DNA from: Candidatus Atelocyanobacterium thalassa isolate ALOHA | GTDB lineage: Bacteria > Cyanobacteriota > Cyanobacteriia > Cyanobacteriales > Microcystaceae | Length of the DNA: 32,000 bases | Reading direction: 5' to 3' | NCBI RefSeq assembly: GCF_000025125.1 | Contig: NC_013771.1 | Coordinates: forward strand, 1,170,001-1,202,000 | In this document: in pieces, positions 1-9,331 of the stretch | How positions within the stretch are numbered: the first letter of the stretch is position 1 | Layout of the letters: each line of letters begins with the position of its first letter | Translations under genes and position numbers: made by a program | The notes under the pieces: model-generated | The model's database searches: none | Told to the model about the DNA's origin: nothing | The model's input: the letters and a program-made list of their open reading frames with translations, nothing else

Positions 1-311
1 CCATGAAATCCTTGATAATATACACCTATATCTACTTTTACAATATCACCAGATAGGATTGTTCTCTGATTACTTGGAATACCATGACTTACCTCGTTAT
101 TAATACTTATGCAAATTGAATGAGAGTATCCACAATAACCTTTAAAACTAGGTTTGGCATCCATTTCTTTAATTCTGTACTCAGCATAAGAGTCTATATC
201 TTTTGTGGTAATACCAGGCTTTATAATTTCTTTAATTTCATTCAGAATTTTAAAAACAATATAAGAAGAATGCCTTATTGTCTTAATTTCTGTATCTGAT
301 TTAATCTGCAT
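1..311 (-). CDS. map: Methionine aminopeptidase type I, N-terminal part only; the gene runs off the left edge of the window
   Basis: Hand translation of the reverse strand from ATG at 311-309 gives MQIKSDTEIKTIRHSSYIVFKILNEIKEIIKPGITTKDIDSYAEYRIKEMDAKPSFKGYCGYSHSICISINNEVSHGIPSNQRTILSGDIVKVDIGVYYQGFHG. This matches the MetAP-I N-terminal and pita-bread fold pattern (GY.G...S.C.S.N..V.HGIP ... GDIV..D.G). It is not in the ORF track because it is truncated by the window edge. Confidence 0.8.
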   Translation of the reverse strand, partial: MQIKSDTEIKTIRHSSYIVFKILNEIKEIIKPGITTKDIDSYAEYRIKEMDAKPSFKGYCGYSHSICISINNEVSHGIPSNQRTILSGDIVKVDIGVYYQGFH

Positions 312-344
312 AGTTTGAACATAAGGTCTATTAAAAAATTTATA

Positions 345-1184
345 TCATCCTTTAACTGCACCAGCTGTTAGTCCTGCTACAATTCTTTTTTGGAAAAAGA
401 AAACTAGTAAAATTAGCGGGAAGGTTCCTAAAACTGTAGCGGCTGATATTGGGCCATATGGAATTTCAAAAACACTTGAACCTCCAATTTGAGCCGTTGC
501 GACAGGAATAGTTTTCATTGTTTCGCGAGTTATAAAAGTCAAAGAAAATATATATTCATTCCATGTAAAGATAAACGTCAAAATTCCTGTTGTAACTAGA
601 GCAGGAAAAGTTAAAGGTAATAAAATTTGAGTTAGCATTGGGATGATTTTATAACCGTCTATGCGAGCTGCATCTTCCAATTCTTTTGGTAATTTTTGAA
701 AAAAACTACGCATTATTAAAATTGTTAGCGGTAAATTAATTCCAGAATATGGAATGATTAAAGCTAAATAATTATTTCCTAAATTTAAAAATCTTATTGT
801 TTCTAATAATCCTAAAAATAATAAAACATAAGGGAACAAAGACACTATTGAAATTAATATAAGAATCAGGTTTTTACTATGAATATTTATTCTCGCAAGT
901 ATATAAGCAGCTGGAGAGCCAATTACTAAGCATATAATTGTAGATATTGTAGAAACAAAAATACTGTTAAAAATGTAAAGAACAAAAGGACGTCGTTTAA
1001 ATAACTCTACATAGTGCTCAAAAGTTATAAGTTTTGGAAAATAAATATTAGGTATGGTAGAAATATCTTCACTAGTTTTTATAGACGTTAAAACTTGCCA
1101 TATCACTGGTATTAAAAAAAAAGAAGTTATAAAAAAGATACTGACATTAAGAATTATATAATTGCTATTTTTACCCCATTTCAT
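345..1184 (-). CDS. Carbohydrate-type ABC transporter permease (MalG/UgpE-like inner-membrane subunit)
   Basis: 279-aa ORF with about six hydrophobic segments and the EAA loop of binding-protein-dependent permeases (ELEDAARIDGYKIIPMLTQILLPL). ATG start with a GAGGAG Shine-Dalgarno-like element upstream. It lies directly downstream of a MalF-like partner gene. Confidence 0.85.
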   Translation of the reverse strand: MKWGKNSNYIILNVSIFFITSFFLIPVIWQVLTSIKTSEDISTIPNIYFPKLITFEHYVELFKRRPFVLYIFNSIFVSTISTIICLVIGSPAAYILARINIHSKNLILILISIVSLFPYVLLFLGLLETIRFLNLGNNYLALIIPYSGINLPLTILIMRSFFQKLPKELEDAARIDGYKIIPMLTQILLPLTFPALVTTGILTFIFTWNEYIFSLTFITRETMKTIPVATAQIGGSSVFEIPYGPISAATVLGTFPLILLVFFFQKRIVAGLTAGAVKG

Positions 1185-1250
1185 TATTTTAATAGTCTCC
1201 TCTTCTATCTAGCAGATTTCAAACAGTATATCTAATGATATTGCGAATAT

Positions 1251-2129
1251 TTATCTATCTTTTTTAAAACTTAGTAACAAAACTCCAACAAGTCCAACAA
1301 TTACTATTAATAATAAAAAAGTTATTACAACTAGAGTGGCACCATAACCAAAGTCTAGATATCTCATAACCGTTGCATAAATATAAATTGAAACAGTTTC
1401 TGTCGCTCCGGCAGGACCTCCTCCTGTCATAACTTGAACCAAATCAAATACGCCAAAAGCTTGAGCAAATCTAAACAATACCGCAATTAATACCTGGGGC
1501 ATAATCAAAGGCAAAGTAATTTGGCAAAAACTTTGCCAAGGTTTTGCGCCATCTATAGAATGCGCTTCGTATAAGTCTTGTGGAATTGATTGTAAGCCCG
1601 ATAATAGGATGATACCAAGAAATGGAGTTGTTTTCCAGACATCTGCAATAATCAAAACAAGCATTGCTAAAGTTGGATTACCTAACCAATTAATTCCAGT
1701 ATGAATGACGCCTAAGCGTTGCAAGATATCGTTAACGACTCCATATTGATCATTAAAGATCCATGCCCAAGCTAATCCCATTATTGCAGTTGGTAATGCC
1801 CAAGGAATCATAGAAATAACTCTAACGGCACTTCTACCAAAAAAAGTTTGGTTTAAAATTAAGGCCAAAATCATTCCTAAAATCAACTCTAAAGTAACGC
1901 TTATTGTAGTGAATACAGATGTATTCCAGATGGCTTGTAAAAATCGTCCATCTCTTGACATTCGAAAATAATTAGATAATCCTGAGAAAACAGGTTCCAA
2001 CTGGGTTCCAAGGTTTTTAGTGAATAAACTTAATAAAAATGCACTTGCAATTGGATAAATAAATACAAAAATCAACAGAAGCAATGCTGGAAGCATTATT
2101 AACCAAGCTGTTTGATTTTCATTTTTCAT
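1251..2129 (-). CDS. Carbohydrate-type ABC transporter permease (MalF/UgpA-like inner-membrane subunit)
   Basis: The ORF track gives 1251..2156, but that first codon is TTG. The first ATG (2129-2127) gives MKNENQTAWLIMLPALLLL..., a typical N-terminus for this family. EAA loop: LYEAHSIDGAKPWQSFCQITLPL. Multiple transmembrane segments. Confidence 0.85.
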   Translation of the reverse strand: MKNENQTAWLIMLPALLLLIFVFIYPIASAFLLSLFTKNLGTQLEPVFSGLSNYFRMSRDGRFLQAIWNTSVFTTISVTLELILGMILALILNQTFFGRSAVRVISMIPWALPTAIMGLAWAWIFNDQYGVVNDILQRLGVIHTGINWLGNPTLAMLVLIIADVWKTTPFLGIILLSGLQSIPQDLYEAHSIDGAKPWQSFCQITLPLIMPQVLIAVLFRFAQAFGVFDLVQVMTGGGPAGATETVSIYIYATVMRYLDFGYGATLVVITFLLLIVIVGLVGVLLLSFKKDR

Positions 2130-2203
2130 CTTAAATAAATTATTACAATACAACAAAATTTTAACGAAAAATTAAACATATTTAGTCTTTTTGAAATTTT
2201 GTT

Positions 2204-3298
2204 TTATCCAATATCTTTTTTCTGTTTTTTTCTGTAACTATTCAACATTAAGATGGTTAAAGTTAGTATGGTAATAGGAATTACGAAAAATGACATAATA
2301 CTTCCAAAAACAGGTAGTCCATGGTGTCCTGTTGAATATAGTACTAAATATGTTGTATAGGCAACATAATAGCTTAGGAATAAAAAACCTTCCCAGCGTC
2401 TAATAATATGATCTGTAAAAAAAATAGGTAGGCATGCTAACTCAATTGCTATCATTACCGGTAAATCAAAATGTAAAGCAGCATCGGACACAGGAACTCC
2501 TGTTGGTGATGCTATTGCACAAATGGCTAGTACAGTTAAAATATTAAAAATATTACTGCCAATAACATTTCCTACAGCAATGTCTCTTTCTCCTTTGTAT
2601 GCAGCTACTGCTGAAGTTGCCAATTCAGGTAAAGATGTTCCTGTAGCTACAATTGTTAAGCCGATTATCAAATCGCTTACTCCAAATTTACGTGCAATTT
2701 CCGTTGCACTATCAACTAACCACTGAGAGCCTAATACTAGACATCCTGCACCTAATAAAATAAATACGATATCTTTACTAAATCGACTAAAGGATAAGGG
2801 TGCGGTTTTATTTTCATTACTATTAGCATTCGAATTACTTGATTCTTTCGCTCCCTTATAAATTAGGAAAGCCGTGTAAACAATACCACCAATAAGTAAA
2901 ATAATTCCATCAGAACGATGTATTGTACGATCTAATCCAAAGAAAAAAGTTAAGATTGATACTCCAATCATAATTGGAACATCTAAACGAGTTAATTGTC
3001 GAGCAACTATTAACGGAATAGTTAAAGAAGATATTCCTAAAATAACTAAAATATTAAAAATATTACTACCAATAACATTTCCCAGGGCTAGATCTGCCTG
3101 ACCTGCTAAGCTTGACTGGATAGCTACTGCCATTTCTGGAGAACTAGTCCCGTAAGAAACAATAGTTAAACCTACAACCAAAGGGGAAACTCCTAGACTT
3201 GAAGTTATATCAGCAGCCCCTCTGACTAAAACTTCTGCACCGACCATTAACAGAATAATTCCAGCCACTAATAAACCAAAAACTAAGATAAAACTCAT
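2204..3298 (-). CDS. Ca2+/cation antiporter, CaCA family (YrbG/NCX-like sodium:calcium exchanger)
   Basis: 364-aa polytopic membrane ORF. The two halves each carry the alpha-repeat signature GNVIGSNIFNIL (twice) preceded by GTSSPE and GTSLPE, separated by a hydrophilic loop (KESSNSNANSNENK). Confidence 0.85.
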   Translation of the reverse strand: MSFILVFGLLVAGIILLMVGAEVLVRGAADITSSLGVSPLVVGLTIVSYGTSSPEMAVAIQSSLAGQADLALGNVIGSNIFNILVILGISSLTIPLIVARQLTRLDVPIMIGVSILTFFFGLDRTIHRSDGIILLIGGIVYTAFLIYKGAKESSNSNANSNENKTAPLSFSRFSKDIVFILLGAGCLVLGSQWLVDSATEIARKFGVSDLIIGLTIVATGTSLPELATSAVAAYKGERDIAVGNVIGSNIFNILTVLAICAIASPTGVPVSDAALHFDLPVMIAIELACLPIFFTDHIIRRWEGFLFLSYYVAYTTYLVLYSTGHHGLPVFGSIMSFFVIPITILTLTILMLNSYRKKQKKDIG

Positions 3299-3530
3299 TC
3301 AGATCTCTAATACTTATTGGAATAGAAAAGTAAACAAATAGGCTTTTCAAGCCTAACCATAAAAGTCTGTTAGACTATAATATTTCGAAACTCTTGTCTA
3401 ATACTTTTTATATAGCTTAAAAATTTTTTTTTATTTAAACTAAATCTTAGCCTTGTAAATCTTGCTGTACTAAAACCATAGGCATTGTCTACTATCATCC
3501 TATTATAACCATTCCAAAAATAATAAAAAT

Positions 3531-3563
3531 AGTATTTAATTCAATTAATTTGAATTAAATACT
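3531..3563 (-). terminator. Candidate intrinsic terminator for the ycf45-like gene (AT-only hairpin followed by a T-run on the - strand)
   Basis: AGTATTTAATTCAA-ttaat-TTGAATTAAATACT forms a perfect 14-bp stem with a 5-nt loop. On the - strand it is followed by ATTTTTATTATTTTT. The stem has almost no G/C pairs and lies about 320 nt past the stop codon, so confidence is low. Confidence 0.3.
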
Positions 3564-3714
3564 GTTTTCGACTACAAAATTGTAAATATATTTGTGAGAG
3601 AAAGCAAGTAAGATGAAAAATTTAAGTTTGATAAAATGTTATTCATAAATTACTTTTTATATGTATAAATAACTCTATCACTTTATATTAAGAAGTTTTC
3701 CCCTGGGTAATCAC

Positions 3715-3762
3715 TAAATCTTGTATTGATTTATCATATAAACTAAATCAATACAAGATTTA
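3715..3762. repeat. Perfect 19-bp inverted repeat (hairpin palindrome) with a 10-nt loop, in a spacer
   Basis: TAAATCTTGTATTGATTTA (3715-3733), loop tcatataaac (3734-3743), TAAATCAATACAAGATTTA (3744-3762). The arms are exact reverse complements. The structure is certain; the function is unknown. Confidence 0.7.
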
Positions 3763-3885
3763 CAAATCAATGATAATAGCAAAGCTGATCAATATATTTA
3801 AACCTTTAGATAGTTAGTTTAATACATCTCTAAAGTACATTTGTTTGTGTAAAATATGTATATTGCAATAAGATGAAATCTTTCT

Positions 3886-5658
3886 TTAAGTAGGATAAAT
3901 TCTTAGCCTACGATTAGGTTCTTCTCCAAAACTATCTGAATGTAAATGGTAATGCTCAATTAGTTCATGTTGCATACCCCTAACTTTAGCCGATCTTGGT
4001 AATAGCTCTACTGGCTGACATTTTGGTAAAACGATTTGTTCAATTGCTAATCTTGCTTCTTCTAAAGCTTCCAGTTCATCATCTTCATCTCCTTTAGTAA
4101 ATAGGTGCAAGTCTCTTATCTCAGAAACTTGCGTTTCATTAATTCCTAGTAATTTTTGTAAAGTACGAGTAATTTGAGGAACAGTATTTGACTTTATTCC
4201 ATGGATAGGAATTTGTCTCATCTTGGCTACTTGACGTAATTTTGATTGGTTTTTCAAATATGAACGTAATGCAATAACTACATCAGCATTATCTAAATCT
4301 TTTGTTACTACAATTGGTAGTCGAAGAATTTTAATTACCTGCTCTAACTGAAATCTACCTATCCCATAAGGATAAATATGAATAGGAAGATCTTCTCCGT
4401 TTGGACCAGATATTTTCATCTTGTCTTCTTTGTCTTTGTCGTAAAACTGATACCAAGAAGCATCTAATAGTCTATCAAACTCTAATGTTTCATTTAACTT
4501 ATCTACACTTTTACTTTCAAGAGTTGGTATGGGAACCATCTTACCCGAAGCTCTCCAGCCTTTTGGTTGTGTGACAACATTAAAAGGATTATGCTCAAAT
4601 GTTTTTAAAAGTTGCTCATCATTAGACTTTTGATGATCAATACTAACTTCTCCATTCTGACTCACCGTTCTTATCTCAGTATTGGGCTTTCTGTTACGTA
4701 ATAAAGAATCAATAGCACAGGCTACATCTTGATGAATGTTCCATTTTTGACGTTCTAATATTTCAATTGCGATTTCGAAAGTAGGAGGAGCCTTACGCTC
4801 CAAAACAGTCTTCTGGCAACCTCTTCGCTTTGCTTCTTCATCTCCCAATGTAACAGATTGAATTCCTCCTACTAAATCAGAAAGAGTTGGGTTTTTCATT
4901 AAGTTTTCAATTTCATTACCATGAGCTGTGCCAACTAACTGGACACCTCTCTCAGCAATAGTACGAGCAGCCAAAGCTTCCAGTTCTGTTCCAATTTCGT
5001 CGATAACTATTACTTCTGGCATATGATTTTCAACTGCTTCAATCATTACTCTATGCTGTAGCTCAGGTGCAGACACTTGCATTCTTCTTGCTCTGCCGAT
5101 CGAGGAATGGGGTACATCACTATCCCCAGCAATTTCATTTGAGGTATCTATAATGACAACTCGCTTGTGAAAATCATCAGCAAGAACTCTTGCAATTTCA
5201 CGTAACGCAGTTGTTTTACCAACACCTGGTCTACCTAGTAAAAGAATCGATTTTCCCGTTTCTATTAAATCTTTAATTATCGATATGGTACCGAAAACAG
5301 CTCTTCCTACGCGACAAGTTAATCCAATAATACTTCCTTTCCTATTACGAATAGCACTGATCCGATGCAAGGTTTTTTCAATTCCTGCACGATTATCACT
5401 ACTAAAAGCCCCTATTTTTTGAATGGTGTACTCTAGATCAGTAGCAGAAATTAAAGTTGCTCCTAAATAAACAGAATATTCAGGGAAGCGAGCTTCTGGC
5501 AATCTTCCTAAGTCCATAACTACTTCTATTAGGTGATTACACTCTGAGTGATTTTTTATATAATGACAAATATTTGGCGGTAGAACATCTAGAAGTTGAT
5601 TTAGTTCATCGTTGATTTGAATAGGCTGGGATGAATTTTGTTGAGGTATAAATGCCAC
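3886..5658 (-). CDS. ycf45: ycf45-like AAA/P-loop ATPase with C-terminal R3H nucleic-acid-binding domain (SpoIIIAA-like N-terminal module)
   Basis: 590-aa ORF with a GTG start. Walker A is GRPGVGKTT and Walker B is VIVIDEIG. The LIEVVMDLGRLPEARF motif is typical of the ycf45/SPD1 family. The C-terminus VRGMQHELIEHYHLHSDSFGEEPNRRLRIY matches the R3H signature (R-x3-H ... S.G.EPNRR..I). Confidence 0.75.
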   Translation of the reverse strand: MAFIPQQNSSQPIQINDELNQLLDVLPPNICHYIKNHSECNHLIEVVMDLGRLPEARFPEYSVYLGATLISATDLEYTIQKIGAFSSDNRAGIEKTLHRISAIRNRKGSIIGLTCRVGRAVFGTISIIKDLIETGKSILLLGRPGVGKTTALREIARVLADDFHKRVVIIDTSNEIAGDSDVPHSSIGRARRMQVSAPELQHRVMIEAVENHMPEVIVIDEIGTELEALAARTIAERGVQLVGTAHGNEIENLMKNPTLSDLVGGIQSVTLGDEEAKRRGCQKTVLERKAPPTFEIAIEILERQKWNIHQDVACAIDSLLRNRKPNTEIRTVSQNGEVSIDHQKSNDEQLLKTFEHNPFNVVTQPKGWRASGKMVPIPTLESKSVDKLNETLEFDRLLDASWYQFYDKDKEDKMKISGPNGEDLPIHIYPYGIGRFQLEQVIKILRLPIVVTKDLDNADVVIALRSYLKNQSKLRQVAKMRQIPIHGIKSNTVPQITRTLQKLLGINETQVSEIRDLHLFTKGDEDDELEALEEARLAIEQIVLPKCQPVELLPRSAKVRGMQHELIEHYHLHSDSFGEEPNRRLRIYPT

Positions 5659-6188
5659 TTTTTTGGTTAATATAATAAAATTTTCTAGAAAGTAATTCGT
5701 CTCTAAATTAAGATATTTCGCAAACTTAATAACTAGAGTAAGTACAAAATTTAAAATCTCATTCTTAAATTAATCTAAGAATACTATAATTACGATATTC
5801 TTTTACTGCAATTCATAATACAAAATGCAGAAAAAAAGCTTCATTTTTAGTAACTGTTCGTGTGCAGTTCAATTTTTATTTTGTTCACATATTTTCCAGG
5901 AAAATTAATGAGTAATGAAAAGCTAATTTTGTACTAAGATCATTGTTAAACTTACTTAAGTATAGAATAATATAATTAATTTATTTATAGTCACATACCT
6001 CGATTTTTGGTAATTTTAAAAAAATATAAAAGAATAAAAGCTTATTTAGAAAGTTTTATTATTGTTTAATTTCTTGGTCAAAATTAGTTAATTAAAACCA
6101 TAAAAAGTTTAAATATACATTTCAATTTTTTCATCTTTTCGAACTTTGATTAAATCGAAGATTACTCTATATAGAGCAACAGGTTCTC

Positions 6189-6217
6189 TTGACTTCTTAA
6201 TCAATTTAAACTAATAT
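6189..6217 (+). promoter_or_regulatory. Candidate sigma70-type promoter of the ribosomal protein cluster
   Basis: -35 TTGACT (6189-6194), exactly 17-nt spacer, -10 TAATAT (6212-6217). It faces rplC, which starts about 280 nt downstream. This is sequence prediction only. Confidence 0.4.
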
Positions 6218-6223
6218 AAGAAG

Positions 6224-6497
6224 TCGCGGTTAAAACTTGTAATATAGTTTTTATTTTAGGGTAAATCAAAGAACCGCCTTGAGATACTGGAGACATAAAA
6301 CTTTAAGTCTTAAAGAGTAACGGTAATAAAGCCCGATCCGCCTTACGATGAGCAATAAATAATCATCGTTTCTTGATTGATACCACCAAGTTCTATAAGT
6401 GTGTATCCTCATAACAAGTAGGAGTTCCCTGCATATGTTTGAAATGATTTTACCATTCAAGCATAATATTGTTGTCTAGTTCATAGAGGAAAAAACC
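6224..6497 (+). promoter_or_regulatory. Putative long 5' leader of rplC with local secondary structure
   Basis: By eye this region is richer in G+C than the surrounding spacers. AAG-tc-GCGGTT (6221-6231) can pair with AACCGCCTT (6272-6280). A hairpin ACGATGA-11 nt-TCATCGT (6345-6369) is followed by TTCTT. A 14-codon upstream ORF (6435-6479) has AGGAG 10 nt upstream. No known RNA family was recognised. Confidence 0.3.
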
Positions 6498-7136
6498 GTG
6501 GCTATTGGTCTTCTAGGTACCAAACTCGGTATGACCCAGATATTTGATGACGAAACAGGAGCTGCTATTCCTGTAACAGTCATGAAAGTAGGTCCTTGTA
6601 CCATTACTCAAATTAAAACGTCCGATACAGATGGCTACAATGCTATTCAGATCGGTTATTCAGAAGTTAAAGAAAAAGCTTTAGTTAAGCCAGAGCTAGG
6701 CCACTTAAAAAAAGCCGGAGCCTCGCCTTTACGCCACCTTAAAGAATATCGTGTCGACGATATACAACCTTATCAGCTGGGAGAAACAGTTAATGTTGAT
6801 CTCTTTAATACAGGTGATTTGGTAGATGTTACAGGGACGTCTATGGGAAGAGGTTTTGCTGGTTACCAAAAACGTCATAATTTTAAGCGTGGCAATATGA
6901 CTCACGGGTCAAAAAGTCATCGACTACCTGGTTCTACAGGTGCAGGAACAACTCCTGGAAGAGTTTATCCTGGTAAGAAAATGGCTGGCCAATATGGCGC
7001 CAGTAAAGTTACTACTCGTCGTCTAAAAGTTGTTCAAATAGATGCTGAGTGTAATCTTTTGCTAATTAAAGGAGCTATTCCTGGAAAACCAGGAGGACTT
7101 CTAAATATCACACCAGCTACAATTGTTGGTAAATAA
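6498..7136 (+). CDS. rplC: 50S ribosomal protein L3 (uL3)
   Basis: [21 protein letters not shown]... is a canonical uL3 N-terminus. GTG start at 6498 with AGAGGA 8 nt upstream. It is the first gene of the cluster, as in cyanobacteria, where rpsJ sits in the str operon. Confidence 0.97.
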   Translation: MAIGLLGTKLGMTQIFDDETGAAIPVTVMKVGPCTITQIKTSDTDGYNAIQIGYSEVKEKALVKPELGHLKKAGASPLRHLKEYRVDDIQPYQLGETVNVDLFNTGDLVDVTGTSMGRGFAGYQKRHNFKRGNMTHGSKSHRLPGSTGAGTTPGRVYPGKKMAGQYGASKVTTRRLKVVQIDAECNLLLIKGAIPGKPGGLLNITPATIVGK

Positions 7137-7175
7137 TTAAGAACAGTTAATTAAACGAGAAGCAAATCAAAAACA

Positions 7176-7808
7176 ATGGTTGATTGTAACGTTAAAAACT
7201 GGCAAGGAGAACTAGTGGGACAAGTTACTTTAAACTTAAAAGTAGCGAAAGAAGAAAGTTCAGCTCACTTGTTACACCGCGCAGTAGTTAGACATCTTGC
7301 TAATGCTCGCCAAGGTAATGCTTGTAGCAAAACCAGGGCAGAGGTAAGAGGTGGTGGTCGCAAACCCTGGCGACAAAAAGGTACGGGAAGAGCCAGAGCA
7401 GGTTCTATTCGTTCTCCTCTATGGAGAGGGGGTGGAGTTATCTTTGGTCCTAAGCCAAGAGACTTTAGCCTAAAAATGAATCGGAAAGAAAGACGATTAG
7501 CTTTAAGAACTGCTATCAGTAGTAGAATTGAAGACCTAATTATAGTTAAAGATTTTATTGAGCAGTTTCCCGATCCAAAGACTAAGCACTTTACCGCAGC
7601 GTTAACTCGTTGGGGAGTAGAATCTAGGAAAAAAGTAGCTTTAATTCTTTTAGAAACAGATAATAATATTTATTTATCAGTCCGTAATCTTTCATATGTG
7701 AAAATCTTACGAGCAGATAGTCTAAATATCTATGATTTACTTAATGCAGATAAGATTGTCATGACCTCTGAAGCTTTAGTAAAAATCCAGGAGGTTTACA
7801 ATGACTAA
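7176..7808 (+). CDS. rplD: 50S ribosomal protein L4 (uL4)
   Basis: 210 aa containing [38 protein letters not shown], the uL4 signature. Conserved position after rplC. Confidence 0.97.
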   Translation: MVDCNVKNWQGELVGQVTLNLKVAKEESSAHLLHRAVVRHLANARQGNACSKTRAEVRGGGRKPWRQKGTGRARAGSIRSPLWRGGGVIFGPKPRDFSLKMNRKERRLALRTAISSRIEDLIIVKDFIEQFPDPKTKHFTAALTRWGVESRKKVALILLETDNNIYLSVRNLSYVKILRADSLNIYDLLNADKIVMTSEALVKIQEVYND

Positions 7809-8109
7809 AAATAAATATAATCCTCGTCATTTAGCTGATTTAATACTTAAACCTATTATTACCGAAAAGGCTACTACGCTTTTAGAGCAAAATAAATATG
7901 TTTTTAATGTATTGCCTAAAGCTACAAAGCCAGAAATAAAAGCTGCAATTGAAGATTTGTTTGAAGTTAAAGTGATTGGGGTCAACACTAGTCTTCCTCC
8001 ACGGAAAAAACGCCGTGTTGGCAAATTTATTGGTCATAAATCTTTGTACAAAAGAGCGATTGTGACTTTGAAAGAAGGAAATACGATTAACTTATTTCCT
8101 GACACATAA
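7801..8109 (+). CDS. rplW: 50S ribosomal protein L23 (uL23)
   Basis: 102 aa, [24 protein letters not shown]... The start overlaps the rplD stop by 8 nt (ATGACTAA), consistent with translational coupling. Confidence 0.96.
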   Translation: MTKNKYNPRHLADLILKPIITEKATTLLEQNKYVFNVLPKATKPEIKAAIEDLFEVKVIGVNTSLPPRKKRRVGKFIGHKSLYKRAIVTLKEGNTINLFPDT

Positions 8110-8161
8110 GCCTGGTATAACCAGGGAATTATCATTAAAAGAAAAAACCTGAGAGATAATC

Positions 8162-8989
8162 ATGGGTATTCGTTCCTATCGTCCGTACACTCCCGGAACC
8201 AGACAGGCGACCGTTTCAGATTTCGCTGAGATCACGAAACGTAAGCCCGAAAAATCGTTAACTAAGTATAAGCACAATAAGAAAGGACGTAATAATCGCG
8301 GTGTTATTACTAGTCGCCATCGTGGAGGTGGGCACAAGCGTCTCTATAGGATCATAGATTTTAGACGTGACAAATACGACATTCCTGCAAAAGTTGTTGC
8401 TATTGAGTATGATCCTAACCGCAATGCTCGTCTTGCTCTTTTATTTTATCAAGACGGGGAAAAACGCTATATCTTAGCTCCTCTGGGTGTTACGGTAGGC
8501 GCAACTTTAATATCTGGAGAAAATTCTCCTTACGAAATTGGTAACGCTTTACCACTACATAAAATTCCTTTAGGTTCAGAAGTACACAATGTAGAGTTGG
8601 TACCTGGAAAAGGTGGTCAAATGGTTCGTTCAGCAGGAGCCGTAGCCCAGCTCGTCGCTAAAGACGGGAACTATGTAACTCTAAAGTTACCCTCGAAAGA
8701 GGTACGTATGGTGCGCAGAGAATGCTATGCCACTATGGGGCGTGTAGGTAATATTGAAGCTAGAAATATTACATTAGGCAAGGCTGGAAGAACAAGACAT
8801 TTAGGACGGAGACCTCATGTTAGAGGAAGCGTTATGAATCCGGTAGACCACCCACATGGTGGTGGAGAGGGACGTGCCCCTATTGGAAGAAGTGGGCCTA
8901 TGACTCCTTGGGGTAAACCTGCTCTAGGAGCAAAAACTCGCAATAAAAATAAAGCCAGTTCACGTCTTATTATACGCCGCCGTCGTTAA
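8162..8989 (+). CDS. rplB: 50S ribosomal protein L2 (uL2)
   Basis: 275 aa with [22 protein letters not shown] and [15 protein letters not shown] motifs. Confidence 0.97.
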   Translation: MGIRSYRPYTPGTRQATVSDFAEITKRKPEKSLTKYKHNKKGRNNRGVITSRHRGGGHKRLYRIIDFRRDKYDIPAKVVAIEYDPNRNARLALLFYQDGEKRYILAPLGVTVGATLISGENSPYEIGNALPLHKIPLGSEVHNVELVPGKGGQMVRSAGAVAQLVAKDGNYVTLKLPSKEVRMVRRECYATMGRVGNIEARNITLGKAGRTRHLGRRPHVRGSVMNPVDHPHGGGEGRAPIGRSGPMTPWGKPALGAKTRNKNKASSRLIIRRRR

Positions 8990-9015
8990 ATATTCATTTC
9001 GTTAAATTCTTACTT

Positions 9016-9297
9016 ATGAGTCGTTCTCTAAAAAAAGGTCCGTTTATTTCAGATAGTCTCTTGACTAAAATCGAAAAACTCAATGAGAAAGGAGATAAAC
9101 AGGTTATCAGAACCTGGTCAAGAGCATCAACAATTGTCCCCGTTATGATTGGCCACACAATTGCTGTACATAATGGAAAGCAACACATCCCTGTTTTTAT
9201 TTCAGAACAAATGGTTGGCCACAAGTTAGGAGAGTTTTCTCCTACTCGTACTTTTAGAGGACATGCTAAAAGCGATAAAAAATCGGGTCGCCGATAA
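9016..9297 (+). CDS. rpsS: 30S ribosomal protein S19 (uS19)
   Basis: [23 protein letters not shown]...[36 protein letters not shown] is canonical uS19. Confidence 0.97.
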   Translation: MSRSLKKGPFISDSLLTKIEKLNEKGDKQVIRTWSRASTIVPVMIGHTIAVHNGKQHIPVFISEQMVGHKLGEFSPTRTFRGHAKSDKKSGRR

Positions 9298-9331
9298 AGT
9301 ACAGTAAAAGTTATTCACAAAACTAACAATC

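Noticed and set aside
1251-2156. The longer TTG-initiated versions of two ORFs in the track (1251..2156 and 27359..28003).
   Set aside because: Both extensions begin with TTG and add 9-14 residues with no family-typical sequence. In-frame ATGs at 2129 and 27961 give N-termini of normal length. The true starts remain unverified.
2523-2726. A 67-aa + strand ORF inside the antiporter gene.
   Set aside because: It is antisense to a well-supported CaCA antiporter with duplicated GNVIGSNIFNIL motifs, so it is a shadow ORF.
3437-3765. Short shared words in the 3299-3885 spacer: AAACTAAATC twice, and a 12-nt inverted pair at 3453-3464 and 3754-3765. I considered them as possible terminal repeats of a miniature mobile element.
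   Set aside because: Matches of 10-12 nt in such AT-rich, low-complexity DNA are plausible by chance. There are no target-site duplications or a longer terminal inverted repeat structure.
6266-6460. A 64-aa - strand ORF in the rplC upstream region.
   Set aside because: The translation is R/Y/L-rich with no recognisable features, no Shine-Dalgarno sequence, and it points away from any operon. The open frame probably reflects the locally higher G+C of a + strand leader RNA rather than coding.
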